Source: Trypanosoma brucei
Taxonomy: Eukaryota
Reading direction: 5' to 3'
Assembly: GCA_000002445.1 (NCBI GenBank)
Contig: CP000071.1
Location: 928,001-992,000 of the forward strand
DNA: 64,000 nt
Shown: piece after piece, positions 1 through 9,605 of the stretch
Layout of the letters: every line of letters starts with the position of its first letter
How positions within the stretch are numbered: position 1 is the first letter of the stretch
The notes under the pieces: model-generated
What the model saw: the letters and a program-made list of their open reading frames with translations, nothing else
What the model was told of the DNA's origin: nothing
Databases searched by the model: none
Position numbers and translations under genes: made by a program

Positions 1-398
1 CCTCTATGAGGGGTGACGTGCCTGCTGCGTATCCTTGGCTGCGGCCACTTGCATGTCTTAGAGGTTGTCGTGCATATGCGCTGCCCCGTCACGATCTTGT
101 TATATTATTATTGTGTTATATTGCTACGAAGTCGATGTGAACGCTATGGGTCTTCCATTGTAGCGGTATCTGTGGTCAATTGCTTTACTATGCAGCTGTC
201 TTGTTGTGGAGGGGATGCCGGTTCGGGTGCTATGGCTGACCTGGCATCGCGCATCTCATAAATATCTTCCCCTATTTACTCTTTGTTAACACTGTCTCTT
301 TTTTGGGGGGTTCAGCTTTGCGGGCTTTTACTCCCCGACCAAGCTGGTTGGTAGTGGGAGAAACCACTAGGCACTGTACGGAGACGCCGCCGTGAGTC

Positions 399-806
399 AT
401 GCAAGTCTCTCCACGTGTGCCAAAAGTGAAGGCGAAAACCCCATACGACCTTCCAGAAAGGGTGCGGTGGTACCACATATTGTGGGAAATGCGCAAGGGC
501 GAGTTTCGTCGTTCTTATATTTCCATGCAGCGCCGCCACTGGCGCATTTTTTTGAAGTACGAGAGTCACTTGATCTACGAACGCGCGGTGATGGGCCTCT
601 TGGCAGCAACGGTGATATATGCCCTCTCTAATCTAAATATCGTGAAGGCGGTTGTACGCCTGCCGACCGAGGATATTAATGAGCTGCTCAAAGAGGATGT
701 GTGGCAGGGTTATCGGAACGAAGTGAATCAAAGGAAGGAGCACGCGAATAAAATGCTCGAGGAGTCGGCGTTCATAAGGGATAAAAACAAGCCGTTTTCA
801 AGTTAG
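399..806 (+). CDS. hypothetical small protein with one predicted transmembrane helix (AVMGLLAATVIYALSNL)
   Basis: Intact ATG-initiated 135-aa ORF. Same strand as the rest of the array. It sits in the expected slot upstream of coronin. No recognisable family motif. Confidence 0.35.
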   Translation: MQVSPRVPKVKAKTPYDLPERVRWYHILWEMRKGEFRRSYISMQRRHWRIFLKYESHLIYERAVMGLLAATVIYALSNLNIVKAVVRLPTEDINELLKEDVWQGYRNEVNQRKEHANKMLEESAFIRDKNKPFSS

Positions 807-960
807 GTGTAGTGTAGCACATGCTTTGAATTGACGCGAGCGGACTTTGATACGTTTGTTTGGTGGGCTTCATCTGTGCTCTGGATGGGCGTGTAGGATG
901 TTGAATCGCGCTTGCTTTTACCTTCCACTTTGTGTGCATGCAGTTGGTGTGCCCCATGCA

Positions 961-1016
961 ATTTAGTTTTCCATCTAATTCTCTCTTGTCAACGTTCGTT
1001 TCTTTTTCTTGTTCAT
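961..1016 (+). promoter_or_regulatory. polypyrimidine tract (candidate trans-splicing/polyadenylation signal) upstream of coronin
   Basis: A C/T-rich run (ttttccatctaattctctcttgtcaacgttcgtttctttttcttgttc) lies immediately 5' of the coronin ATG. Such tracts upstream of the AG splice-acceptor are the standard trypanosomatid mRNA processing signal. Confidence 0.45.
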
Positions 1017-1086
1017 GGTGAGGATCAAGTCACGCGCACACGTAAGTAATTCTACACAAGCATCTTCCCCACTGAGGAGCACCCCA

Positions 1087-2586
1087 ATGGACGTATCGCG
1101 GTTTCGACACACACAGGCTGTACCGGCACGGCAGGACCAACAGTTCCTAAACCTGACTCCTTCTGCAGCGCGGTGGGAGTGCAGCAACCTTATCGCCTGT
1201 AACGACCGCTTCATTGCGATACCGTGGTTGCAACTTGGTAGCACGGCTGTTCTGCGCCACACTGATTGCGGGAAGTTGGCCTCGAACCCGCCCATACTTT
1301 TGGGCCAGGAGGGGGACATCATTGATGTCGCCTTCAATCCATTTGACTCGTCGAAGCTATTCACAGCGAGCGAGGACGGGACCATTATGGGGTGGAACAT
1401 CCCCGAAGAGGGTCTGACGCAGAACTGCTCTGACAACATTGTTCACCTGCAAGGCCACTCCAAGAAGGTGGGTCTACTGAGCTTCCACCCCAGCGCCGCC
1501 AACGTGCTGGCTTCCGCGGGTGCTGATATGGTAGTAAACGTGTGGGATGTCCAGAAAGGTGTCGCAAAAGAAGTGGTGAAGTGCCACGCGGAGCAGATCA
1601 GCTCGCTGGATTGGAATCTTGATGGTTCGCTTCTTTGCACCACATCTAAGGATAAAAAACTAAACATTGTGGATCCGAGAAGCCAAAAAATTGTCTGCTC
1701 CAGCGGCGCTAGTGAGAGCACCAAAACTCAGCGTGCTCTTTGGGCACGACGTGCCGACCTTGTCATTACAATTGGAGTAAATACAATGCAAATGCGTCAG
1801 GCAATGGTATGGGACATCCGCAAGTTGGCGGCACCAGCGAGCACTGTGGATGTTGACCAGTCATGTGCTGTTTCTATGCCCTTTTTTGACGAAGACACAA
1901 GCCTATTTTATATTGGAAGCCGCGGTGAGGGCGGCATTCGCTCTTTCGAATTGAGAAACAGTCGGCTCATTAACTGTTCTTCGTACTCCTCATCGGAGAT
2001 TCATCGGGGGCTTTGCATGGTTCCCAAGTGGATGTTGGACACACACAAATGCGAGATCGCCCGCTTTTATGCCCTTACACAGAAGTCAATGTACAACGTT
2101 CAGATGCTGTTACCACGCAAAACTGCAGATGAGGAGCTTCAAACTGACGTGTATCCTCCCACCTTTGCAAATGAACCCGCTATTACCGCTGATGAGTACT
2201 TTAGTGGTGTGAACAAGGAACCTCTTGTCATGAGCATGCAGGCTGTTTTTGATGGTAAAAGTCTTGAGGCGACAAAAGCTGCTGAGACTAAGCGCCGGGG
2301 AGTACCTCGCCCTTCAGAGGTGGAGTCGGATGATGACGACTCCTCCGCAGACGAGGCGGTGACATCATCCCGGCAGAAACACGCGGACCCCAACGCTGTG
2401 CGGGGTCCCGCCCATTCCGAAGGTATCAGCAGCCAGACATCATCGCAGTTGTTAGCTCTTGCCTCGCTATTGGGGCAGCAACAGGCGGAGGTGCAGCGTT
2501 GTCGTGAGGACCTTCAGAAGAAGGAGAGCCTTGTCATGGAGACAATCGCAAAGATAAAGGCCCTTGCCTCTGGTAGTCAAGCGTAA
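1087..2586 (+). CDS. coronin (WD40-repeat actin-binding protein)
   Basis: Translation has the coronin N-terminal signature and WD repeats (DVSRFRHTQ..., GHSKKVGLLSFHPSAANVLASAGADMVVNVWDV, DGTIMGWNIPEEGL) and a C-terminal coiled coil (LQKKESLVMETIAKIKAL). The ORF-track start at 1009 is a TTG. The first in-frame ATG (MDVSRF) at 1087 matches coronin N-termini. Confidence 0.85.
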   Translation: MDVSRFRHTQAVPARQDQQFLNLTPSAARWECSNLIACNDRFIAIPWLQLGSTAVLRHTDCGKLASNPPILLGQEGDIIDVAFNPFDSSKLFTASEDGTIMGWNIPEEGLTQNCSDNIVHLQGHSKKVGLLSFHPSAANVLASAGADMVVNVWDVQKGVAKEVVKCHAEQISSLDWNLDGSLLCTTSKDKKLNIVDPRSQKIVCSSGASESTKTQRALWARRADLVITIGVNTMQMRQAMVWDIRKLAAPASTVDVDQSCAVSMPFFDEDTSLFYIGSRGEGGIRSFELRNSRLINCSSYSSSEIHRGLCMVPKWMLDTHKCEIARFYALTQKSMYNVQMLLPRKTADEELQTDVYPPTFANEPAITADEYFSGVNKEPLVMSMQAVFDGKSLEATKAAETKRRGVPRPSEVESDDDDSSADEAVTSSRQKHADPNAVRGPAHSEGISSQTSSQLLALASLLGQQQAEVQRCREDLQKKESLVMETIAKIKALASGSQA

Positions 2587-3309
2587 TGCTGTCTTCTTCC
2601 AGCTATTGTTGCTTTCACATGCTTAAATTGCGTGTGCCTTTTTTTCTCATTCTAGTGATGGTTGGCTCAGTCGTGGAAAGTCGTTTGACGATAAATAGGA
2701 AAGTGAAGGAGCAGCCCGGAGAGGGGTCGCCGGGTGGGAAGGGTGGTGGGATATACGTTATCCAGACTGGTGCGTGTTTGTCATTTCCTCCCTAATTTTC
2801 GTATCCTTTCTTGGCCAGCATAATTTACTTACATCATAGCTGTTTACCGGCACCACAACTACTCATCGTTCCGTTCCATTTACTAGTGCGTGTGCGTACT
2901 TGTGTGGGCTGCTTTTGCTGCGGCGTGTCTATCTTGTTTTGTTATTTTGCTTCCCATTACTGCATTTTTTCCCACATGTTTTTTCCCTTCGTTCTGGTTG
3001 CGCATCTTTATTTATTCGCTCGTTTGCAGGTACATCGGAGAGAGGGGGAGGAGGTAGCGGAGTGGCTGATTTTTGGAGCACCTTTTTTTTCGTAAAAAAA
3101 ACCTTTTGTGAGAAAGGAACACATAAACACCCGAGAGGTGTAACCGCATCCGCCAGAGAGCGTATTACTGACCTCAGCGCCACAATTAAGTTGGACATGT
3201 GAGGAAAGTAAGCAGAACAAACGGGGAAAAATGAGAAGGAGAAATGTTGGCGGAGAGGTTTCTGGAGGAACGGAATGGGGAACCAAACATGACTGATAAA
3301 GAGGGCTTT

Positions 3310-3332
3310 GCATATATATATATATATATATA
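3310..3332. repeat. (TA)10 microsatellite
   Basis: catatatatatatatatatatac in the coronin-uS9m spacer. Confidence 0.9.
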
Positions 3333-3825
3333 CATCATTATGTTAAATGCCCGTTTGGAAGCTGTGTGGATACAGTTATGTTTCCCAGGTGTGCTAGAAG
3401 GAAATGGGAAGTTGAAAATAAATAAATAAATAGAAGTGAACAAGCAGACATGAAAAGAATAAAAGGTATGAAACAACTGGTGGGGGAAAGGGTACATAAG
3501 GGGGATAAAACACAATGAGAGGGAGATTGTATTTTGAAGCAAATAACAATAGCGCCAACCGCGGCAGCGACACCATGAGAGAGAATGGAGGAATATCGAT
3601 GTGGAAGAAGGGAGAGAAGGAATCAGTGCCTTTGGTTGATACATTAGGAAATGGAGGGGAAAAGAACGGAGATAAAAGAGATTGAGGTATAGCGGGAGGA
3701 GTAAGTAAGGAGGGAATGATGTTGTGAGGTACAGAGTTCATATGAAAAGAGCCTTGTTGGGTGCTGTACTGGTTAGACGGTGCCTATTTGAAAATATTCA
3801 AACACTATTTTTTTTTGCTATCCAG

Positions 3826-4080
3826 GTGCCGTCCGCTCCTTTCCTTCCTCTTCCACTTTTGGTCCCTACAATTTATCCGATCCACTTCTTTTCTTTTCTC
3901 CACTTTTTTTTTCCGATTTGTCATTCTTTTAAGGGCGTTTTCCCTACTCCTTACGCTGGACGGTTGCTCACATGCGTTGTACCAGTTTTTCTTGGATTGC
4001 CTGTTTGCTTTACTAACCCTCTTCCTACTTACCTCGTCCTTTACTATCATCTTTAACTTTTTTCTTTCTTTAACGATAAG
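3826..4080 (+). promoter_or_regulatory. extended polypyrimidine-rich spacer upstream of uS9m gene
   Basis: Roughly 250 nt dominated by C/T (ccgtccgctcctttccttcctcttccacttttggtccc...ttctttctttaacg), directly 5' of the ATG at 4090. Confidence 0.45.
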
Positions 4081-4089
4081 AGTTATCTC

Positions 4090-5421
4090 ATGCAGAAGCT
4101 CTTATCGCCAAGAACAGCGCGCCACGCCCGTCTCTTCCGACTCGCTGGCAAGTTGGCTGACTCGGGTAGTCCCGGTGTTCCTAAGAGTGACGGCGAGCGC
4201 CTCGTGTGGGTTAACTCACACGTGCGGCGTGATAAGGATATTTCCCTATCCCAAGAGGAGGAGAGGATTCGGGAGCTAATGATGCCGCTGGAGGTCGGAG
4301 AGAATTCCTTCGCGGCTAACGGGCAGGCAACACATGGTAACTTGTTTTATTTCCGCGAGTACCCAATGTACCCCGGAGAGTACGTACCGGCGGAGCATAA
4401 CACTCTTTCGTCGTTGCGCGACGAGCTGCGACTTGATCTAACTGCACAGTCGTTGAAAGAGGCCTGGATGCGGGTGAGTGGTGGGGTGTATTTTCAATCT
4501 GTGGATGAATACTACGCTTCTGTTGATGGTCTCGATGCGGAACAGATCGGCGAGGTATTGGCGGCCCTTTTTCCAGAGCTAAACTGTTACGAAGCTCAGG
4601 CACTTGTGCAGCGGACATTAGAGTGCATTAGTAGGCCAGTCAGCGCCGCTTCACGGCAGCTTAGTCGCACCATCACGGCCGAAGCGGTGGGACTTGACAA
4701 CGCACCGGGTCACTACACGAATTTCTTGGAGTGGATGGGTCGGTTAACGGAGACACGAGCGTTTAAAACAGAACATGCACTGTTTGAGTTTAGTCGTCGG
4801 AAGTTCAACAGAGATGATGTGCGTGTTATGTTCGAGAACTACCGACTGATGAGCAAAGCCACTCTCCTTGCTGATAGCGCGGATAGCTACAGCCACTTCT
4901 ACACGGTCCTTAAAGACTTTGCCCGTAAGGTAGCAGGTGAAGATTCCCGACACCAGATAGGCGTACGTATTGATGAAGCGGAGGTGGACCCGGAAACTGG
5001 AATTGCTGTTGGTCGTGGTTGTGCGGATGGGGAGAAATACCACTTCACCGCCCTCCTTCGTGAGAACAGAGACCACAACGGCATCATCACTGTGATGGGC
5101 AAACCACTTTCACTGGTTCTTGACAATAAAGCGTGGTTAATGGAGATGGTTTTGATGCCGTTTGATGAGGCAAATCTGGATTACAGGGATTTCGATGTGC
5201 ATATCGTTTCCGAAGGGCATGCAATGCCCTCCATCGCCAACGAAATTGCTGCCTTCGCCTTACGCATGGCGGTTGCGAACGCTCTCGTGAAGTTGATTCC
5301 ACTGACGCGTATTCCACTGAAGAAGTCGGGACTGCTGTCAGTGGACCGCCGGCGCGAAAGGGGACAGTTCCCGGGATATCTTGATGGAAAGAAGGTGAAG
5401 CGTCGCTTTGCCAAGCGGTAG
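4090..5421 (+). CDS. mitochondrial ribosomal protein uS9-like (uS9m) with long N-terminal extension
   Basis: The C-terminal ~90 aa resemble bacterial-type S9, including the basic ...KKVKRRFAKR end that matches the S9 ...RRPQFSKR tail (GHAMPSIANEIAAFALRMAVANAL...GLLSVDRRRERG...). The long N-terminal extension is typical of trypanosomatid mitoribosomal proteins. ATG start at 4090. Confidence 0.55.
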   Translation: MQKLLSPRTARHARLFRLAGKLADSGSPGVPKSDGERLVWVNSHVRRDKDISLSQEEERIRELMMPLEVGENSFAANGQATHGNLFYFREYPMYPGEYVPAEHNTLSSLRDELRLDLTAQSLKEAWMRVSGGVYFQSVDEYYASVDGLDAEQIGEVLAALFPELNCYEAQALVQRTLECISRPVSAASRQLSRTITAEAVGLDNAPGHYTNFLEWMGRLTETRAFKTEHALFEFSRRKFNRDDVRVMFENYRLMSKATLLADSADSYSHFYTVLKDFARKVAGEDSRHQIGVRIDEAEVDPETGIAVGRGCADGEKYHFTALLRENRDHNGIITVMGKPLSLVLDNKAWLMEMVLMPFDEANLDYRDFDVHIVSEGHAMPSIANEIAAFALRMAVANALVKLIPLTRIPLKKSGLLSVDRRRERGQFPGYLDGKKVKRRFAKR

Positions 5422-5682
5422 CGGCGTGCTTTATTGTAAGGCAATTTCGTATTGTTGTGGATGCAATGGTGCATCGGTTTATCATCTCATTGCCGCTGTC
5501 ACCGCCGGTTTATCCTGCCCCGCAAGAGAGCGATGCAGAAACACCGCTTTCGCCGTAGTATATTCGATCACTTTGACTATTTCTTCACCTAACTTCGTCC
5601 CCCGATGCTTGCTTCGAGATATTGCTGTCAATTGCTTGCTGTTTTTTTCTTTTACTGTTTATCATCTAGAAGATAGTGTGGG

Positions 5683-6045
5683 ATGTACTTTCTTTTGCTA
5701 GCTGGGATCATTTGGGGAATCACAAATCCACTTCTGAAACGGTATAGCGGTGGAATGTCGGTGGACTCCTCCTCGTTTCTGGAGGATCTTCGCTTCCTTG
5801 CTTCACGACCAAAGTACCTAGCCGCACAATTAGCGAATCTCAGCGGTTCCGTTTTTTTCTTTGCGGGGCTTCCCAGTGCTGATGTGGCGGTGGGCAGTAT
5901 TGTGGCCAACTCCCTCGCCTTTGTCATCACAGTGTTAGTGAGCGTTCTCGTGCTACGAGAGGGTACGCTGAAGCCGCGGACTCTTGTGGGGTGTTCACTG
6001 GTAGTAGTAGGAACATCGTTGTGTGGGATCGCATCATCATCATGA
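5683..6045 (+). CDS. TMEM234-family small multi-pass membrane protein
   Basis: IWGITNPLLKRYS and ...VANSLAFVITVLVSVLVLREGTLKPRTLVGCSLVVVGTSLCGI align with conserved TMEM234 blocks (LWGGTQPLLKR..., NSLAIIFTLIVG...GMVLTMIGISLCI). There is an in-frame stop 9 nt upstream of the ATG. Confidence 0.55.
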   Translation: MYFLLLAGIIWGITNPLLKRYSGGMSVDSSSFLEDLRFLASRPKYLAAQLANLSGSVFFFAGLPSADVAVGSIVANSLAFVITVLVSVLVLREGTLKPRTLVGCSLVVVGTSLCGIASSS

Positions 6046-6436
6046 TAATCGACATAGTTTTTGTGGCGGCTGCAATGCGATGGTGACCGCACTTCTCATT
6101 GTCGGCAACATCGCAAAACGGAACGATTTAGCGAAGAGTGCTTTGACCGCGGCTTCACCTGGGATAAGGAACCCCAATAATTTAAAGAATTTTGGAACAG
6201 GGACATCGGAGTTCACTCGGTGTCCTGCATTTGTATCTGTTTTCACTGGAAGTCGCCTTTAACATTTGTGGGAGGTTGATGCAGGTTGGCCCACGGTTCG
6301 GTGCCAATGCCACGTATAAGCATGCACAACTGTGATGATTATAATGTGGGTTGCTTGACTTTGCCCCCGTTTACATACCAATGATCCACACTAAGACTTC
6401 TGTATGCTCACATAGTCCAAGGTTTTGTTTAAAAAC

Positions 6437-7861
6437 ATGAAAAGAATCGTTGTACCCCATCGTTGGTCAGAAATGAATCGCGTCGAGCACCCTCCATTAA
6501 TGATGAAGCAACTGTTTCAAGGTGTTTGTGGTGGATTACGCTGGCTGGAGACAAAGTCACTGGCTCAGTATTTGGCGGTGCGCGCCATCGAAGAGGGGTA
6601 CCCCAGCACACCAGGTGTGCGCAAGGCGCTTCATGTAAAGAGGCCCCCCCTGCAAAAGAGGCGAGTGGTGCAGAGAAGCACAAAGTCAGCAACCGCAGCC
6701 TGTTCCTTGCCAACAACAGCGGCCCCAGCGCAACTTCCGCTTACTTCATCCGGTGATGCTCTAACCGTAACAGGGGGGCTCTCTCTGCAGGTGACGAAAC
6801 AGAAGCGGCTGGTGTCTTATGACGTTTTGGACTGCACGCTCGGCAGCGGCTACCACGCCGGTGCTGTTCTTGAAAATGGTGGGCCGTACACCCGCGTTGT
6901 GGCACTTGATTGCGACCACGACGCAATGCACGCGGCGAGGGATTTGGTTGAGGAGTTTGGTGGGGATCGGCTTCGCTTTTACTGTTGTAAGATGTCTGAG
7001 GCGAAGGCCATGTTCGGTGAGCGGTCTTTTGATGCTATCATGATCGACGGCGGGGTTTCAGATACGCAGTTGGAGGATCCTGAGCGTGGGTTTCTGCTGG
7101 ATGATGAGGGCGGTCACCGCCTTGACATGCGCTTCGGGCCGCAGATGGGAGTAGGTGCACTCGAATACCTTAATACTGTATCGCAGCATACGCTTGTTTC
7201 CTCGTTATTGGCCTACGGTCTCTTGGAGTACGGTCAAGCAATGAAGATGTCACGCGCGATAACCCGGCGAAAGCCGTTCGTGGATTCACGTGAAGTGCTT
7301 ACCTGTATTGAACAAGCTGGAGATGAGCTACCGGAGGGGGGCTGGCGCTCCCAAGGCAGCCGTCGCAAGTCGCCCATGTCGTGGAAGTTCCTCACCTCAT
7401 TGCGATGCATAATAAACAACGAGATGTACGAGTTGAGGCAGGGCATTGAGAATGCGCTGTTGATGCTTCGGGATGATGGGCGTTTGGTGGTGTTCAGCCG
7501 CCTCCCGTGGGAAGAGCGGCTTGTGCGTGGCACTGTAGACGACCACCCCCATGCTTTGTTGTCCTATGTGGAGGATATATCGATCGATGACGTGCAAATA
7601 TACGGCTTCACGCGCCATGCGAAGATGTGGGTCATTACCCGCGCCGCCTCGTCGGCGTACGCATTGAAAAATACCACAACTCTTACGGAGGAGAAGTTCC
7701 GTGAGAGCTCCGTGCGATGGCTTACTGGTATGTATGCCGGTCAAACACATGGATTTCCTGCAAATAACTTTACCTTTGAGAACTTTGAACGGAAAGAGTG
7801 GGTAACGCTTCGCCGAAATGGCAAACCACCCCCAGTTGACGTGGGGCTGGATGACAAATGA
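6437..7861 (+). CDS. RsmH/MraW-family rRNA (cytosine-N4) methyltransferase, METTL15-like (probable mitochondrial small-subunit rRNA m4C methyltransferase)
   Basis: Contains the diagnostic MraW/RsmH motifs DCTLGSGYH (DxTxGxGGH SAM-binding) and GVSDTQLEDPERGF (GVSSxQLDxxERGFS). The ORF-track start at 6425 is TTG; the first in-frame ATG is at 6437. Confidence 0.75.
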   Translation: MKRIVVPHRWSEMNRVEHPPLMMKQLFQGVCGGLRWLETKSLAQYLAVRAIEEGYPSTPGVRKALHVKRPPLQKRRVVQRSTKSATAACSLPTTAAPAQLPLTSSGDALTVTGGLSLQVTKQKRLVSYDVLDCTLGSGYHAGAVLENGGPYTRVVALDCDHDAMHAARDLVEEFGGDRLRFYCCKMSEAKAMFGERSFDAIMIDGGVSDTQLEDPERGFLLDDEGGHRLDMRFGPQMGVGALEYLNTVSQHTLVSSLLAYGLLEYGQAMKMSRAITRRKPFVDSREVLTCIEQAGDELPEGGWRSQGSRRKSPMSWKFLTSLRCIINNEMYELRQGIENALLMLRDDGRLVVFSRLPWEERLVRGTVDDHPHALLSYVEDISIDDVQIYGFTRHAKMWVITRAASSAYALKNTTTLTEEKFRESSVRWLTGMYAGQTHGFPANNFTFENFERKEWVTLRRNGKPPPVDVGLDDK

Positions 7862-8259
7862 GTGTTGCGCCCATGAGTTGTAGTTTTCTCTACTATTAGT
7901 GAATTTTTTGCGAGCATGGCGCCAGCAGTTTGTCTCGCTCCTTTTACCCCTTATCCGTAATGTTCGGTTGGGCATGGGAAGTAGTGCGCACCTATTGTGT
8001 ACGGCTTGGGCTAGGGGTTGACTACGTTAACGCGAAGTTGTCGAGCCCATCCTTCGATTGAATACTCCGTTGGCCATATTGAAGCCTGGAAATCCCAACA
8101 GTTTCATGCCGAACTTCACTTCCTTAATTCTTCACTGCTGTGAGAACCCCTTCTTGCGCTGCGTCTCCTTTGTACGGCCACCGAACTGTAAGTTGCCGGT
8201 AGAAAGGAGGCTAGGCACCCACTCGCAGCAGAGTGTTTAAGCTAGTGCAGTTGAGTGAT

Positions 8260-9180
8260 ATGGCTGACCGCCTTGCTATTTTCATTAAGCAATGCGGATT
8301 GCAACGGTGCGTGATCCTCACTGGTGCTGGTTGCAGTACCGAGAGCGGCGTGCCAGACTACCGAGGACCCAACGGTCTTTATCGCCGTCCGAACTTTGTG
8401 CCGCTGACGCGGCAGGTATTTCTTAGCGGCAGTGAACATCGGAAGCGCTACTGGGCCCGAAGCATGTTTGGTTATAACACCGTTAGCGGGGCAAGCTGCA
8501 ATGACACGCATATGGGTCTGTATGAGTTGTATCGGGCCGGTGTTGTGAACCGGCTGCTGACGCAAAATGTGGATGGTCTCCATCACCTTGCAGCCCATGG
8601 AGGTACGGGGAGCAAAACTGTTGAAGCATACGCCAAATACACCTCCAGCAACTCTGGTGTGTTGGAGTTGCATGGGAACATACACCAGGTTTGCTGCATG
8701 CAGTGCGGTGATGTGAGTCCACGGCGGCGGCTTCAGCAACGGTTGTGTGAGGCCAATTACCAACTGTGTAGGGATTACGAGGCTGAATTTAGTGAAGTAC
8801 GACCTGATGGCGACTACGAGGTCCCTGACCGTGTTGTGCAGGCCATGCAGCTTGTGTGCTGTGAGCATTGTGGTGGCTTGCTGAAACCACACGTTGTTTT
8901 GTTTGGCGAGAACGTACCTAAGGAGTGTGTCAGGGAGGCGTATACTGCTGTTCGCGCTGCTTCCTGCCTGATCTGCCTCGGGACGTCACTTCAAGTTTTC
9001 AGTGCCCTCCGCTTTGTGCTCGCTGCGCGCGAGAGCGGTGTGCCCATTGCTATTGTCACGGCGGGAAGGACGCGAGCTGACGGTTTGGAAGAGTTGAAGG
9101 TGGACACAAATAGCACAGCTGCCACAATGCGTGGGGTGGTGAAACAGCTCTTGGGGTTCGAGTTGGGCGGCACGAAGTAA
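8260..9180 (+). CDS. NAD-dependent protein deacylase, sirtuin class II (SIRT4-like; trypanosomatid SIR2-related protein)
   Basis: [20 protein letters not shown] (the GAGxSTxSGIPDYR class-II signature), QNVDGLH, HG catalytic His, the Zn ribbon CMQCG...CEHCGG, and [10 protein letters not shown]. The ORF-track start at 8233 is GTG; the first ATG (MADRLAIF) is at 8260. Confidence 0.85.
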
Positions 9181-9354
9181 AGATGGTTGTTGGTGCCAAG
9201 TGACATGAAGGAGTCGCCCCTGCGGTGCCACCCTTGTTTTGTCACTGTTGGTGGCGACGATTCACTTTTGCATGTGTTTAAAATCTCTTTTTCTGTATCC
9301 TTCCCATGGAGAGAGACAACGATCGCAGATGGACGATGGTGAGATCTCTAGCGT

Positions 9355-9500
9355 TTGTCCCTAGAAATCTTTTTTTGAATCCACCATTAAAAAAAAAAAC
9401 CACTATTTGCTTCTGTTCTTGTTTTTGCATCCATCGCTGTCATTGTGCCTGTGACTGTAGCAGTGACGACCATTCGTTGCTTTCCCTGTCTCCCCTTTGC
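9355..9500 (+). promoter_or_regulatory. polypyrimidine tract / 5' processing region upstream of CCT3
   Basis: A C/T-rich sequence with an A11 run (ctttttttgaatccaccattaaaaaaaaaaaccactatttgcttctgttcttgtttttgcatcc) precedes the CCT3 ATG at 9606. Confidence 0.4.
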
Positions 9501-9605
9501 TTTTGAGTGGAACGAACACATTCAACAGGAAGTAGTGAAGTTGAAGAACTTAACGTACCGAAAGCGACAAAAGAAGTAAATAACAAAGGAAGAAAGAAAG
9601 GGGAG

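Noticed and set aside
3186-3741. Minus-strand ORFs (152 and 115 aa) in the coronin-uS9m spacer. Similar ones occur at 13033-13446 (-) and 38986-39468 (-).
   Set aside because: Translations are dominated by F/L/S/P from reading polypyrimidine or polypurine tracts. They are not conserved-looking and lie on the wrong strand for this transcription unit.
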